Source of the DNA: an uncultured Anaerolineaceae bacterium
GTDB taxonomy: Bacteria; Chloroflexota; Limnocylindria; Limnocylindrales; CSP1-4
Direction: 5' to 3'
NCBI GenBank assembly: GCA_964477545.1
Contig: CAYZEJ010000001.1
Coordinates: forward strand, 11 to 64,010
Length of the DNA stretch: 64,000 bases
In this document: piece by piece, positions 28,390 to 37,734 of the stretch
How positions within the stretch are numbered: the first letter of the stretch is position 1
Layout of the letters: every line of letters begins with the position of its first letter
Translations under genes and position numbers: made by a program
The notes under the pieces: generated by a model
What the model saw: only the letters and a program-made list of their open reading frames with translations
The model's database searches: none
Told to the model about the DNA's origin: nothing

Positions 28390-30159
28390 ATGCGAGTTGT
28401 CGACGCTGTTGCGGAGTGGTTCGAGACAGTTGGGCTGACGCACTACTTCGGCTACGCGGGGGGCGCCATTTGGCCGCTGCTCGACGCCTTCGTCGACAAG
28501 CCCAACATACGCGGCATCCAAGCCAAGAACGAGGGTCATGCGGTGCACATGGCCGACGTTTACTACCGCATTACCGGCAGCATCGCGCCGGTGCTGGTGA
28601 GCAAGGGTCCCGGTCTGCTGAACACCGTTGGCGCGACGGCCAGTGCGATGCACGACAGCTCGGCGGCGCTGATCCTGGCCGGCTCGGGCTCGACTCACTT
28701 CCTCGGCCGTGCCGGGATGCAGGAGATGTTCTACCGCGGCTTTGAGAGCGCCGTCGATGTGTTCCGGCCGATCACCAAGGGCGCTTGGCTGGTCGTGCGC
28801 CCCGACCAGGTGATCGACGTTCTGAACGCTGCGCTCAAGGGGGCTACCAGCGGTCGACCGGGCCCGGTCTTCGTGCAGATCCCGTATGACATCCAGCTTG
28901 CAGAGGTAGAGGGCGAGGTCGAGCACATCGGGCGGCGCAGCGCGCTGCCGGGCATGCGCGCTGCGCCGGAAAACATCGAGCGTGTCGTCGCCCTGCTCGA
29001 GCAGGCCGAACGGCCGATGCTGCTGGCGGGCGGCGGCGTGGCTCGCTCACGCGCAGCCGACAAGCTGTGCACCACCGCGGAGAGACTCGGCGTGCCGGTC
29101 GTCACCACACTGCCCGCCAAAGGCATCTTGCCCGAGGATCATGCGCTGTCGCTCGGGCCAGTGGGGCGCTCGGGTACTAATGCCGCCGCACGCGCGACGC
29201 GCGAGGCGGACCTTGTAATTGCGGTCGGCGCACGCTTCTCGGACAACCACACGGGGAACTGGCGCGAGGGCATGATCTACGACGTGCCACGTACCAAGAT
29301 CGTGCAGGTCGATGTCGACCCCGCCGAGGTCGGGCGCAACTATCCGGTCGAAGTGGGCCTTCTGTCCGACGCCGGAGCCTTCCTTGACGACCTTCGCAAT
29401 GCCGTAGGCGACGGTAGCCCAGCGCGCCACGCGGGCTGGGCCAAGTCCGTGGAGGGCTACCGCGACGACTGGCGAGCTGAGATCGAGGAGGTCATCAAGC
29501 ACGCCGGCTCGCCAATTCACCCGGGCCGGCTGTGCTACGAGGTAGGCGAGGCACTGCCCGCCAACGGCCACGTGCTGATCGACGTGGGCGACGTGATTCA
29601 GTATGCCGAGCCGTACATGACCATCCGCCGCCCCGGCTCGTGGCACATCAACTCGGGCATGGCCGAGATGGGTTGGGCGACACAGGGCGGCCCCGGCGCT
29701 GTGATTGCGGATCCCGGCAGCATCGCCGTCGTGCTGACCGGTGATGGTGCGTTCCTGATGGGGCCCCAGATCGTCGCCACCGCGGTCGAGTACGGCCTGC
29801 CGGTGGTCTGGGTGATCCTGAACAACAATGAGCTGGGCATTGAGCGCAAGGGCGCAACGGCGGCATTGGGCCGTCCTCACCCGTGGTACTCGTTTACCCG
29901 TCACGATACCGGCGAGCCGTACAACCCCGACTTCGCTGCCGCCGCACAGGCGTACGGAGCCGGGGGCGAGCGCGTCGAGAACGCGGATGACTTCCGCCCG
30001 GCGCTCGAGCGAGCGATCGACAGCGGCCGCCCGTACGTCCTCGACGTGCCCATCGATGTCTCAGTCCCGACGTTTTTCGTCAAGGGTCTCGATCGCGCCT
30101 ACCCCAACAAGTGGGCTCAGAGCTATCCCGGCTACGGGCTGCTGAGGAACAAGCAATGA
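28390..30159 (+). CDS. Thiamine-diphosphate-dependent enzyme (acetolactate synthase / oxalyl-CoA decarboxylase / 2-hydroxyacyl-CoA lyase family)
   Basis: TPP-binding GDGAFLM motif and three-domain architecture. RBS AGGGGAG upstream of ATG 28390. Confidence 0.85.
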   Translation: MRVVDAVAEWFETVGLTHYFGYAGGAIWPLLDAFVDKPNIRGIQAKNEGHAVHMADVYYRITGSIAPVLVSKGPGLLNTVGATASAMHDSSAALILAGSGSTHFLGRAGMQEMFYRGFESAVDVFRPITKGAWLVVRPDQVIDVLNAALKGATSGRPGPVFVQIPYDIQLAEVEGEVEHIGRRSALPGMRAAPENIERVVALLEQAERPMLLAGGGVARSRAADKLCTTAERLGVPVVTTLPAKGILPEDHALSLGPVGRSGTNAAARATREADLVIAVGARFSDNHTGNWREGMIYDVPRTKIVQVDVDPAEVGRNYPVEVGLLSDAGAFLDDLRNAVGDGSPARHAGWAKSVEGYRDDWRAEIEEVIKHAGSPIHPGRLCYEVGEALPANGHVLIDVGDVIQYAEPYMTIRRPGSWHINSGMAEMGWATQGGPGAVIADPGSIAVVLTGDGAFLMGPQIVATAVEYGLPVVWVILNNNELGIERKGATAALGRPHPWYSFTRHDTGEPYNPDFAAAAQAYGAGGERVENADDFRPALERAIDSGRPYVLDVPIDVSVPTFFVKGLDRAYPNKWAQSYPGYGLLRNKQ

Positions 30160-31055
30160 ACGCACAGTCGACCGAAGTCAACGCCGACGCGGATGTCATT
30201 TCGGCACTGCGCCACAGCTACGACGAGCTGACGCGCTCGCAGAAGCGAATCGCCGAGGCGATCGTCGACGATCCCGAGTTCGTTGCCTTCGCAACCGTCG
30301 ACAAGATGGCCAGCCGGCTGGGTGTCAGCCCATCGACCGTGGTGCGCTTCACGTATCGATTAGGGCTCAACGGCTACCAGGATCTGCAGGAACGCGTTCG
30401 GTTGCTGGTCCGGTCACAGATGCGTTCGGCCGCGGGCGATGGTGATGAAGCCCAGGTTATCGCCCACCTCGGCGATACCGCCTTCGCACGATCGTTCGAG
30501 CGCGACCTGGACCATCTCCGCCGGACGATCGCTGGGCTCGACCGCGACGCGCTCGAACGTGCCGTCGAGCTGCTGGTTGCCGGCAGGCGTGTGCTGGTGA
30601 CCGCGGACGCGACGGCCCGCAGCGTTGCGTATTTCACGATGCTCGCGCTCGATCGCATGCGTGGCGCGACCGACCTTGTACGTGCCGACGGTGACAGCGT
30701 GGGCCGGCTGGTAGACATCTCACCGGAAGACGTCGTACTGGCCTTCACCTTCCCACCCTATGCCTCGAGCGTCCTTCGGATGGTCCGCTGGGCACACGAG
30801 CGGCGAGCCCGCATCATCGCCGTGACCGACTCGCCGATCTCGCCCGTCGGCCAGCTGGTGGATGTCGTGTTGCCTGCTCTGTCGTCCGGCATCGGAGCCC
30901 ACAACACGCTGGTTCCGGCGTTGGCGATTGCCAACGCACTGACTAACGCCTTCGCCGTGCACGAGCGCGCAACCGCCCTCGACCGCTACGGCACCGCTAA
31001 CCAGTTGATGGAGCAGTGGGACCACTACGTGCTGAAGTCCGGCGATGAGCGATGA
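30156..31055 (+). CDS. RpiR-family transcriptional regulator (HTH + SIS domain)
   Basis: HTH rpiR-type N-terminus and SIS domain. ATGA overlap with the TPP enzyme. Its 3' end overlaps the next gene by 11 nt. Confidence 0.75.
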   Translation: MNAQSTEVNADADVISALRHSYDELTRSQKRIAEAIVDDPEFVAFATVDKMASRLGVSPSTVVRFTYRLGLNGYQDLQERVRLLVRSQMRSAAGDGDEAQVIAHLGDTAFARSFERDLDHLRRTIAGLDRDALERAVELLVAGRRVLVTADATARSVAYFTMLALDRMRGATDLVRADGDSVGRLVDISPEDVVLAFTFPPYASSVLRMVRWAHERRARIIAVTDSPISPVGQLVDVVLPALSSGIGAHNTLVPALAIANALTNAFAVHERATALDRYGTANQLMEQWDHYVLKSGDER

Positions 31056-32277
31056 GCCAAACGCCCTCGCTGGCCTCCGCGTAATCGACGCCAGCGGTGA
31101 GCTGGCGGCGTATGCAGCACGGTTGCTGGGGGACCTGGGGGCCGAGGTTATCCGGGTGGAGCCACCCACCGGATCGCCCGTCCGCATCCGGTCGCCGCTC
31201 GTTAGCGAGCCACACGGGCGTGGCACCAGTGCCTTCGACCTGTTCGTAAATGCGGGCAAGCTCTCGGTCACGCTCGACCTCGGCCATGCCGATGGCCGGT
31301 CGCTGCTCGTGCGCCTGGCCGAGCAGGCCGACATCCTGCTCGAGACATTCGAGCCGGAGTGGGCCGACGCAGTGGGTCTCTCGCCCTCCGAGTTGCGGCG
31401 CGTCAATCCGCGCCTCATCCACGTCTCGGTCACGCCTTATGGGCGATCGTTGAGTGCCGCGGCGAACGACGACGATCTGACCATCCTGGCCGCTGGCGGA
31501 CTGCTTCACCTCGGCGGCTATCGCGATGCCGAGCCGGTCGCCGCGTATGGCGGCCAGAGTCGCTTCGCCGCATCTCTCTTTGCGACTACGGCGGCGTTGA
31601 TCGGTGTGCTCGACCGCGAGCGTACCGGTCAGGGCTGCTGGGTCGATGTCTCGGCGCAAGAGTGCGTGGCGCAGGCGCTCGAGGACTCGGTGGCTACATA
31701 CGACCTCACCGGTGAGGTGCGCGAGCGGCTGGGGTCCGAGCCACGCGAGGCGGGCAGCGGCATCTATCGCTGCGCCGACGGCTACGTGGCCATGATGGCC
31801 GGTCGGCTGGGCACCGCTAAGGCCTGGCAGTCACTCATCGATTGGCTGGTAAAGGAGGAGGTCGACGGAGCGACCGAGCTGCAGGATCCGTGGTGGTCGC
31901 AGCTGCCCAATCGGCAGAGCGACCGCGGCATCAGCCGCTTCGGCGAGATCTTCGGCCGATTTACCGCAGGTCGGCCGCGCGCCGACCTGTATGCGGAGGC
32001 GCAGCGGCGCGGCATCGCACTGTCGCCGGTCAACGACGTGGCGGCAGTACTGGCCGACGCCCAGCTCGCGGCGCGCGGGTTCTGGGTCCTGGTCGACGAT
32101 CCGCAGGCGGGCCGCACCATGACCTATCCCGGGCCGCCATACCGCCTGTCGGCGACGCCGCCCCGGGCAGCGCGGCCCGCGCCCCGCCCGGGGGAGCACA
32201 ACGTGGCCGTGCTCCGCGATCGGCTGGGTCTTACCAGCGAACAGTACGAGCAACTGCTGGAGGCGGGGGTGGTATGA
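31045..32277 (+). CDS. Family III CoA-transferase subunit (BbsE/SptA-like)
   Basis: CaiB/BaiF family. First of two adjacent CoA-transferase genes. Confidence 0.85.
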   Translation: MSDEPNALAGLRVIDASGELAAYAARLLGDLGAEVIRVEPPTGSPVRIRSPLVSEPHGRGTSAFDLFVNAGKLSVTLDLGHADGRSLLVRLAEQADILLETFEPEWADAVGLSPSELRRVNPRLIHVSVTPYGRSLSAAANDDDLTILAAGGLLHLGGYRDAEPVAAYGGQSRFAASLFATTAALIGVLDRERTGQGCWVDVSAQECVAQALEDSVATYDLTGEVRERLGSEPREAGSGIYRCADGYVAMMAGRLGTAKAWQSLIDWLVKEEVDGATELQDPWWSQLPNRQSDRGISRFGEIFGRFTAGRPRADLYAEAQRRGIALSPVNDVAAVLADAQLAARGFWVLVDDPQAGRTMTYPGPPYRLSATPPRAARPAPRPGEHNVAVLRDRLGLTSEQYEQLLEAGVV

Positions 32278-33497
32278 GCCAGCGCTCCGTCTTCCTGAGC
32301 GAGCTTCGCGTGCTCGACTTCGCGTGGGTGGGCGCCGGCGCGTTGGTGACCAAGCTCCTGGCGGATATGGGCGCCGAGGTGATCAAAGTCGAGTCGCGCG
32401 CCCGGCCGGACAACCTGCGCATGGCGCCGCCCTACCGGCCGGGCGGCGAGGGGCTTGAGGGATCGGGATACTTTGCCTCACGCAACACGAACAAGAAGAG
32501 CTTCGCTCTCGACATGCGGCAACCGGAGGCGCGCGAGATCGCCCTCGCCTTGGCCGAGCGCTGCTCGATCGTCACCAGCAATTTCCGGCCCGGCGTGATG
32601 GAGCGCTGGGGTCTCGCCTACAGCGACATTCGGGAGCGCAACCCATCGGTCATTTACCTGACGATGCCGATGCAGGGCTCTGACGGCCCCCACGCCGCCT
32701 ACACCGGCTTTGGCTCAACCATTGCCGCGCTGTCTGGCCTCGTTCACCTTTCGGGGCGTCCTGACCGTCCTCCCGTCGGCACCGGCACTCACTACCCGGA
32801 CCACGTGCCCAGCCCCGGGCATGCGCTCGTCGCACTGCTCGCCGCTCTGCGCCATCGGGAACGAAGCGGCGAGGGCCAGGCGATCGAGGTTGCCCAGTTG
32901 GAATCAACCGTCAACGTCGTTGGCCAGGCGTTCCTCGATGATGGCCAGACCGAAGGCACGCGCGACCGCAGCGGCAACCGACTTCCCGGCGCCAGCCCGC
33001 GCGGCGTTTTCCCGTGCGCAGGGCCTGAGAGCTGGGTGGCGATCGCCTGCTTGACGGAGAGCAACTGGCGCAACCTGTGCGACGTGCTGGGTCGGCGGGA
33101 ATGGGCCAATGACGGACGGTTTGCCACGCTGCTCGCCCGCAAGGCGAACGAAGACGAGCTGGAGGCCCTGCTGGCGATCGAGACGCGTGTCCAGCAACGC
33201 GCCGAGCTGGTCGCCTCGCTCCGTGCCTGCAACGTGCCGGCGTCTCCGGTGAACAGCAGCCGCGATGTGCTCGGCGACGACGCCCTCGCGGCACGGGAGT
33301 ATTGGCAGCGCGTCAGCCATCCCGTGATTGGGGAGATGGCGATTGCTCGGCCGCCGTTCCGCATCGATGACTGGTCACGGCCCGACCTTGGCCGCGCGCC
33401 GCTGCTCGGCGAACACACGCGCCAGATCGCGAGTGAGCTGTTGGCGATGGACGACGCCGCGATCGACAGGCTCATTGAAGCCGGGGTTCTGGCGTGA
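32274..33497 (+). CDS. Family III CoA-transferase subunit (BbsF/SptB-like)
   Basis: MSQRSVFLSELRVLDFAWVGAGALVTKLLADMGAEVIKVES N-terminus. ATGA overlap with the previous gene. The track ORF has an N-terminal shadow extension. Confidence 0.85.
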   Translation: MSQRSVFLSELRVLDFAWVGAGALVTKLLADMGAEVIKVESRARPDNLRMAPPYRPGGEGLEGSGYFASRNTNKKSFALDMRQPEAREIALALAERCSIVTSNFRPGVMERWGLAYSDIRERNPSVIYLTMPMQGSDGPHAAYTGFGSTIAALSGLVHLSGRPDRPPVGTGTHYPDHVPSPGHALVALLAALRHRERSGEGQAIEVAQLESTVNVVGQAFLDDGQTEGTRDRSGNRLPGASPRGVFPCAGPESWVAIACLTESNWRNLCDVLGRREWANDGRFATLLARKANEDELEALLAIETRVQQRAELVASLRACNVPASPVNSSRDVLGDDALAAREYWQRVSHPVIGEMAIARPPFRIDDWSRPDLGRAPLLGEHTRQIASELLAMDDAAIDRLIEAGVLA

Positions 33498-34276
33498 CGG
33501 CGGACGCCGGAGGCGGTCTGCTGGTCGAGCGCAACGGGCACGTTCTCTGGCTGACATTCAACCGACCTGAGCGGCGCAACGCCATCGATCGCGCCATGCG
33601 CATCGCGTTCGGCACAGCCTGCGCGGAAGCCGACTCCGACGACGAGGTGCGCGTAGTCGTGCTGACAGGAGCGGGCGAGGCATTCTGTGCTGGGACCGAT
33701 CTCAAGGAGGCGCCGCGCGCCGATCCACCGCACCCGCTGGCCGATCGCACGGAGCCGATCGCGGCACCCATCGAGCGGCTAACCAAGCCGGTCATTGCCG
33801 CCATCAATGGGCCAGCGGCGGGCGGCGGGCTGGAAGTCGCGCTGGCTGCTGACCTGCGCATCTGCTCGACAACCGCGATGTTCGCCCTGCCCGAGGTGCG
33901 CGTCGGGAGCCTGCCCGGTAGCGGCGGCACACAGCGGCTCATCGCTTCCATCGCCCCCGCGGTCGCGTGGAAGATGCTGCTGACCGGTGATCCGATTGAC
34001 GCCGAAGAGGCGCTGCGCGTGGGCCTGGTCAGCGACGTGGTCCCGCGCGAAAAGCTGCCTGCGCTGGCCCAGGCACTCGCCGAGCGCGTGGCCGCCAATG
34101 CGCCACTGTCGGTGCGTGCGGCCAAGGTCGCCGGTCGGGCCGCAACGGAGCATCCCATAGCCAGCGGGCTGGCGCTCGAGCGGATGCTGTGGGCGCTGCT
34201 CGCGACCACTGAGGACCGCACGGAGGGCCGCGCCGCGTTTCGAGAGCGGCGCAAGCCCGACTACAAGGGACGGTAG
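33494..34276 (+). CDS. Enoyl-CoA hydratase/isomerase (crotonase)
   Basis: Crotonase fold with catalytic region (CAGTDLKE). Confidence 0.9.
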   Translation: MTADAGGGLLVERNGHVLWLTFNRPERRNAIDRAMRIAFGTACAEADSDDEVRVVVLTGAGEAFCAGTDLKEAPRADPPHPLADRTEPIAAPIERLTKPVIAAINGPAAGGGLEVALAADLRICSTTAMFALPEVRVGSLPGSGGTQRLIASIAPAVAWKMLLTGDPIDAEEALRVGLVSDVVPREKLPALAQALAERVAANAPLSVRAAKVAGRAATEHPIASGLALERMLWALLATTEDRTEGRAAFRERRKPDYKGR

Positions 34277-34286
34277 ACCCCGGCCG

Positions 34287-35426
34287 ATGGCATGGCGCAG
34301 GGCCGCGATCGTTGGCGTGGGTGTCAGCCGGCTGGGCAGGCTGCCTGGTGAGACGCCGCTCAGCCTCGCCGCCGAGGCCGTCCGCGACGCGTTGGCGGAC
34401 TCGGGCCTCGAGAAGGACGAGATCGACGGACTGCTCACCATGCCCGGCACGACCTCTCCCGATGGCGCGAAGCACTACCTGGCGTTGGGCGAGCGCCTGG
34501 GCATCAACCCGCACCTGACAGGGTCGCTGTACATGGGCGGCGCCACGGCCGGCGCGCTCATCCAGCAGGCGGCGCTGGCGGTCGACGCCGGGATGGCGAG
34601 CGTCGTTCTGTGCGTGTTCGGGGATACCGCGCGGAGCGGCGGCAATCGCTTCGACTCGGCCGCCGGTGCTGGTGATTCGTGGGGCATCTGGGGCATGTTC
34701 GGCAACGCCGCGAACAGCGCGTTCGGGGCACGGCGCCACATGGAGCTCTATGGCACCACCAGCGAGCAGCTCGGCTGGGTTGCAGTCACATGTCGACGGC
34801 ACGCTCGGCTCAATCCGCAGGCGACCATGCAGGAGGCCATGACGATCGGGGACCACCAGGCGTCGCGCATGATCGTCGAGCCGCTCCACCTGCTCGATTG
34901 CTGCGTCATCAGCGACGGAGCGGTTGCGATACTTGTCGCTAGTCCCGAACGCGCGGCCGACACTCGAAAGCCGTCGGTGATGCTGTGGGGCATGGGCCAG
35001 GGTCATACGCTCCAGAATCTCGAGGCCCCTGAGTGGTGGTACGTGCCCCACCAGGCTGACGCGCTCAGCCGAACCTACCGCATGGCCGGTGTGCGCCCGT
35101 CGGATATCGACCTCGCACAGCTCTACGACAACTTCACCATCTCGGTCCTGTTCTGGCTGGAGCACGCCGGCTTCGTCGGCCGCGGCGAGTCAGGACCCTT
35201 CGTCGAGGGTGGTACGCGCATCACGCTCGGCGGCGAGCTGCCCGTCAACACGGCGGGCGGCAACCTCTCAGAGGCGTACATGCAGGGCTGGCTGCACATC
35301 GTCGAGGGCGTGCGTCAGATCCGGGGCGAGGCCGGCCCTCGCCAAGTCGAGGGCGCCGAGCTGTGCCTTGTCACCGGTCGCGGCATGATCCTCAACACCG
35401 CGAGCGCGCTGATCCTGGGGAAGTGA
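34287..35426 (+). CDS. Thiolase-like protein, SCP-x / BbsB type (paralog 2)
   Basis: Thiolase fold. Immediately followed by a DUF35 gene. Confidence 0.85.
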   Translation: MAWRRAAIVGVGVSRLGRLPGETPLSLAAEAVRDALADSGLEKDEIDGLLTMPGTTSPDGAKHYLALGERLGINPHLTGSLYMGGATAGALIQQAALAVDAGMASVVLCVFGDTARSGGNRFDSAAGAGDSWGIWGMFGNAANSAFGARRHMELYGTTSEQLGWVAVTCRRHARLNPQATMQEAMTIGDHQASRMIVEPLHLLDCCVISDGAVAILVASPERAADTRKPSVMLWGMGQGHTLQNLEAPEWWYVPHQADALSRTYRMAGVRPSDIDLAQLYDNFTISVLFWLEHAGFVGRGESGPFVEGGTRITLGGELPVNTAGGNLSEAYMQGWLHIVEGVRQIRGEAGPRQVEGAELCLVTGRGMILNTASALILGK

Positions 35427-35427
35427 A

Positions 35428-35859
35428 GTGAGCGCTGGGGTCAAGCCGATCCTGCCCACGATCAGCGACCTGAACAGGTCGTTCTGGGAGGGTTGCGCCG
35501 CGGGCGAGCTGCGCATGCAGGGGTGCGTCCGGTGCGGACATGTGCGCTACCCGATCGCGCCGATCTGTCCGCGCTGCCTATCGCCCGACGACGAGTGGCG
35601 TCGCTTGTCGGGTCGAGGCGAGATCCTGTCGTGGGTCTATTTCCGGCGTTCGTACAACGCGGCATGGGAGCACCGGCTCCCATACAACGTCATCCTCGTG
35701 CAGCTCGAGGAGGGGCCGCGGATGTTCTCCAACGCCGTGCCGCTTGGGCGCGATGACCTGCACGTGGGCATGGCGGTTGGGGTCGAGTTCGTCGAAGAAG
35801 ACGGCGTGACGCTCCCACGCTTCAGGCCGCACGCTCATTTCGGGTCCCCCAAGCCTTGA
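35428..35859 (+). CDS. DUF35 OB-fold/zinc-ribbon protein (thiolase partner)
   Basis: CVRCGHVRYPIAPICPRC ribbon followed by an OB fold. Confidence 0.8.
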   Translation: MSAGVKPILPTISDLNRSFWEGCAAGELRMQGCVRCGHVRYPIAPICPRCLSPDDEWRRLSGRGEILSWVYFRRSYNAAWEHRLPYNVILVQLEEGPRMFSNAVPLGRDDLHVGMAVGVEFVEEDGVTLPRFRPHAHFGSPKP

Positions 35860-35880
35860 CCTGCAACGGATGTTGCGACC

Positions 35881-36114
35881 GTGGTCTTCCGCGGCGGCAC
35901 AACCTCTGGCTGCGTCCGGGCATCCGTGGTCGACGCCTACTCGGCTGGCTTTCAGCCTGTCGTGGCCGAGGAGGCAACGTTCGATCGCGCTCTCTCGCCG
36001 CATCTCGCGAACTTGTTCGACATCCACGCCAAGTACGGCCAAGTCATGCTGACCGCCGACATCGTTGCCCAGCTCACGCCCGAAGCCGACCGAGTGCCGA
36101 TCGGCACAGCCTAG
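35881..36114 (+). pseudogene. C-terminal remnant (~77 aa) of an isochorismatase-family hydrolase
   Basis: Matches only the region from the catalytic-Cys segment ([15 protein letters not shown]) to the C-terminus. An in-frame stop lies immediately upstream, so the N-terminal ~110 aa are absent. Confidence 0.45.
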
Positions 36115-36128
36115 ACGCGAGCGGAGTG

Positions 36129-36155
36129 GGCCCGCGGGGGGACTCCGCGCGGGCC
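36129..36155. terminator. GC-rich hairpin (8-bp stem GGCCCGCG / CGCGGGCC, 11-nt loop) between convergent genes
   Basis: Seen directly. Lies between the stop at 36114 (+) and the stop at 36166 (-). Confidence 0.35.
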
Positions 36156-36165
36156 GGTGTGCGGT

Positions 36166-37344
36166 CTACGCTGCGGGAGTCGCCGCCGAGGCTTCGCCGT
36201 CGACGAAGGCCAGCTTCTGGTAGCGCTGACGAGTCCGGTTGGTGTCGAACCACCGCATGAACGCGATGAGCATTGCCTTGGCGACGTCCTGGTTGCGGTC
36301 GCCGGTGGGCTGTCCGTAGAGGTCGGTGCGCATCAGGCCGCGCAGGACCGCGACCTCCGAGTCCGACAACTCCATGTCGATCGGGCGCCGCCTCGGGAAG
36401 GGGCGGAACTCGGGCTTGTAGGACGGGTCCGGGCGCAGCTCGCGCTCCGCCAGAATCTCCTTGACTTTGAAGTCGGCCCACGTCTTCTGCATCTTGAGCC
36501 CGCCCCATTGCTGGTTGACGAGCTCGACCAGCTCGCTCGTGTGCTCGGTCTTATCGTGGACGGCGATCAGAACGGGCTGCGGGTCGAAGTTATTGATCGG
36601 GTGAACCTCGGCCGGGCAGGACACCGGGACGGCAAGCATGTCCATCGTCGCCACCAGGTCGACGTAGTCACCCTTTACCGACCGGCCGTGGCCGAAGTTA
36701 CGCCGGCCGGTCGCGTCCATGATCGACTTCATCCAGAAGTTGTACGAGGTGTGGACGTCGTCAGCGGTCAGCCGGTACTCGCGGATCGCCTCGGTAAACG
36801 CGTCCTCGCAGCTGGCGTGATCGACGAGCCCGTACTCCTTCTCGTACAGCACGCCGTTACAGCGGTTGCCGGCGTAGTACTGGTCGCAGGACTCGGAGGC
36901 GTCGCGGATGACGAAGATCGGCCGGCCGTGCGGTGAGTTGGTGAATACGACCGTGCCCGGGCCCGTCACGAATCCGCGCTGCCGGTTGAAGCCGCAGTCG
37001 AGGTACTCCTTGTAGTCGTGCAGGTTGTAGGCGTTGAAATCGATGCACTGGCCGCCCACCAGTTGCGACATGCGCAGCACTTCACCCTTGTATACGGGGA
37101 TCGCCTTGCCTTCCCCGGGCTGGAGGACGATGTCGTACCGTTGCGGTCCGTACGCGGGGCGCTTGGCCTCGACCTGCGTCCACGGCGCCGGGTCGTCAGT
37201 CCCGCCGCCAGCCAGGATGTACGCGGCATGGTCGAGGGCGACCGCGCGTAGCACGTCAACCCTTTCTTTGCCGTAGGTGCCTGTGGCGACGACCTCATCG
37301 AGCAGCTGCAGCTGTGTTTCCAAAAATGGGACGCTTACTTTCAT
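36166..37344 (-). CDS. DUF1989 domain protein (urea-carboxylase-associated family fold) with N- and C-terminal extensions
   Basis: Conserved blocks VGGQCIDFNAYNLHDY and GDYVDLVATMDMLAVPVSCP recall DUF1989. 392 aa is longer than typical family members. Confidence 0.6.
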   Translation of the reverse strand: MKVSVPFLETQLQLLDEVVATGTYGKERVDVLRAVALDHAAYILAGGGTDDPAPWTQVEAKRPAYGPQRYDIVLQPGEGKAIPVYKGEVLRMSQLVGGQCIDFNAYNLHDYKEYLDCGFNRQRGFVTGPGTVVFTNSPHGRPIFVIRDASESCDQYYAGNRCNGVLYEKEYGLVDHASCEDAFTEAIREYRLTADDVHTSYNFWMKSIMDATGRRNFGHGRSVKGDYVDLVATMDMLAVPVSCPAEVHPINNFDPQPVLIAVHDKTEHTSELVELVNQQWGGLKMQKTWADFKVKEILAERELRPDPSYKPEFRPFPRRRPIDMELSDSEVAVLRGLMRTDLYGQPTGDRNQDVAKAMLIAFMRWFDTNRTRQRYQKLAFVDGEASAATPAA

Positions 37345-37413
37345 CGGTACTCCCTCGCATTACTTGACGTGACCACTGGGGGCACGCGATCGGGTGGCCC
37401 GCGGACCACCGCC

Positions 37414-37734
37414 CTACTCCGCTACTCGCGCGCGATCTCGCAACGGCATGAAGCCACGATGGACTGCGATCGTGCGTGGCGCGACTGGGCCACGCACGAG
37501 CTGGTCCTCGGTGGCGAGCCGCTCGACCAGGGCGTCGAGCTGGGCAGCGAAGGAGGCGGCGTCCGAGGTGACGACGACGGCGGCATCGGCGGGGACGTCG
37601 GAGGCCGGATGCAGATCCAGGCGTGCGGCGTAGCCGGCACGCTCAATGGTGCGGCGCGCGCGGCGGACGGCCTGGAACAGCGGCCCGGGGAGCGCGCCGT
37701 CGGGGTAGGTGACGACAATGTGAAGCACGCTCAC
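37414..37734 (-). CDS. Hypothetical 106-aa protein, translationally coupled to the XDH-family FAD subunit
   Basis: GTGA start/stop overlap with the upstream gene. No recognisable family. Confidence 0.5.
   Translation of the reverse strand: MSVLHIVVTYPDGALPGPLFQAVRRARRTIERAGYAARLDLHPASDVPADAAVVVTSDAASFAAQLDALVERLATEDQLVRGPVAPRTIAVHRGFMPLRDRARVAE

Noticed and set aside
36166-37344. Alternative identity of the 392-aa protein as a glycine-cleavage T-protein-like or YcaO-like enzyme
   Set aside because: The two conserved blocks fit my recollection of DUF1989 better. The assignment is retained with moderate confidence only.
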